In this document: piece by piece, positions 62,461-64,000 of the stretch
Numbering within the stretch: position 1 is the stretch's first letter
Layout: the number at the start of each line of letters is the position of its first letter
Source of the DNA: Lama guanicoe
Lineage: Eukaryota
Assembly (NCBI GenBank): GCA_013239625.1
Contig: MU053652.1
Span: forward strand, 1,116,001 to 1,180,000
Length of the DNA: 64,000 bases
Direction: 5' to 3'
Notes under the pieces: generated by a model
What the model was told of the DNA's origin: nothing
The model's input: the letters and a program-made list of their open reading frames with translations, nothing else
Database searches by the model: none
Translations under genes and position numbers: made by a program

Positions 62461-64000
62461 GAACAAGAGTGTACCAACAATGTAACATACTCAGTCACTG
62501 CTAGAAAACCAATTTTGTGTCCCCTGATAAGGATAGTAATTTCATCTTCATTTATCTTAATATACGAGGAGTAACACTTGGTAAGCAATGTAAACCTTTC
62601 CGTAACTAGGCTGTATTTATCAATAGACCATTTTTCCCAGATTTTTCTTGCTGAGGTCCTCAAGAGCTAGCAGTTAAAGGACTTAGTTACATTTTTAAGT
62701 TTATAAAGTTTCTTCTCACTTACCAGGGGTTATTTTCCTGGTATTTATAGGTTGCTTCCCCCCCTTTATCCTTAACAGTTCACAGCTTTCCCCCAACTTC
62801 CATAAAATAACCTGTATTCTTACACCTGATTCCAACTTTGAATATGAAACAACTCATGGATTAGATGAAAGGTGACCCTCTTGTCTTGCCCTCTCCTCCA
62901 AGTCTAAAATAAATTTCTTGTGAGAGAAAGACCAAGCCTTTTGATTACTCATATTACATGTGCTTAATAGGATTTTTCTGAGCACCTGCTGTGTCTGCTT
63001 GAAAAAATGTGCCTTCCCCTCAGCCTTTCACAAGTTTATCTCAAACATCAAAGCTGTGAGTGAACTCTTCCAGAGCAAATGTCAACTTCAATAAGTATCA
63101 TTTTCAAAGTAATATTTATCCTGCTTTCCAGGCATAAACTAATCTCTGCAACTGGCCTTGAAGTTGCAAGCTGAAATTCACAGGAGCCAGTGATGGTGGT
63201 AAGGATACTTATGTGGAACACAACTTGTGCTTTGGGAAGTATTGGCAATTGAGAGCCCCTAAATGAAGAGATTATTTAATGTTGGATGTGATTAAGGATC
63301 CTGGAGAGAGTACATTAACAGAGGCTACAAATCCATTCAGTCATTGGGAGTGTAGACGAATGCTGTCGAGGTAGGTGATTGGTCCCTTTCCACTTTAGAG
63401 TCCATGAATCTCTTGGGTATATTGCCATGTTAAGCTTTCTAGGATTTTATACAGACAGTAGAAGTTCATGGTTTCCACTAGTAACAAATGCAGAGAAATG
63501 CAAGTGGTAAACTACAAACATAAGCTAAAATTGACATTTATATACATGTATATATAGATAGTTGGCATCCCCTGCTTCCCCCAAAAGTATTGGCGAGTAA
63601 TTGCTTCCAAATAATGCAGGTTTTTTGAAGCATGTCTTAAAATGGTAGTTGGAAAGCAAATCAGTAGTCTCATAAAAAAAAATCCCTGTGCTGCAGGGAA
63701 AGAGGACCATGTGAGAAAAATGGGTCTGTGTCCTTTCAGCAGCGTAATAAGAAACATCTGGAGGAAGTTGAGAAAAACTTACTGAGGGGAGGGTCTGATT
63801 TGTTTTTGTCTCATGTGGTTCCTGTCTCTACCTCTTGGAGATGGGCAACTTAAAAGGAGTTCTTTTCCTCCTCTTACTCTGCTCCTTAGAAGCAGAAGTA
63901 CTTTCTTTGTCTGGCTCACCAAGTCTCTTGTTTCTGAGAACATACTGGACTCTGGGTCGGTGAGTCAGGTATTTGTGTTGATTTTAGATAAAACCAACCA

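Larger units (their letters stand above)
59513..64000 (+). other. CHCHD3: CHCHD3 intron 1 (5' part)
   Basis: Follows the GTGAGT donor; AT-rich, with MIR and other old SINE remnants. Confidence 0.88.

Overview
Mammalian genomic DNA, most likely a camelid (four tRNA-Ala-like SINEs resembling vic-1, plus cetartiodactyl-type L1 tails). About 59 kb is transposon-rich intergenic sequence upstream of CHCHD3 (MIC19, MICOS complex). The CHCHD3 CpG-island promoter and first coding exon (59432-59512, + strand) lie near the end, followed by about 4.5 kb of intron 1. No other host protein-coding gene is supported; the longer ORFs are L1 ORF2, ERV-L pol remnants or chance frames. I found no convincing new multi-gene system. 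The best leads are: a TSD-flanked 296-bp insert of old MIR/L2-containing DNA inside an L1M 5' end (orphan retro-insertion); an L1 with an apparent 3' transduction; three independent ERV1-type solo LTRs within 4.2 kb, the outer two inverted; and a candidate stop-containing cassette exon in CHCHD3 intron 1. Repeat family names come from recalled consensus sequences, not a database search, and old-repeat boundaries are approximate.
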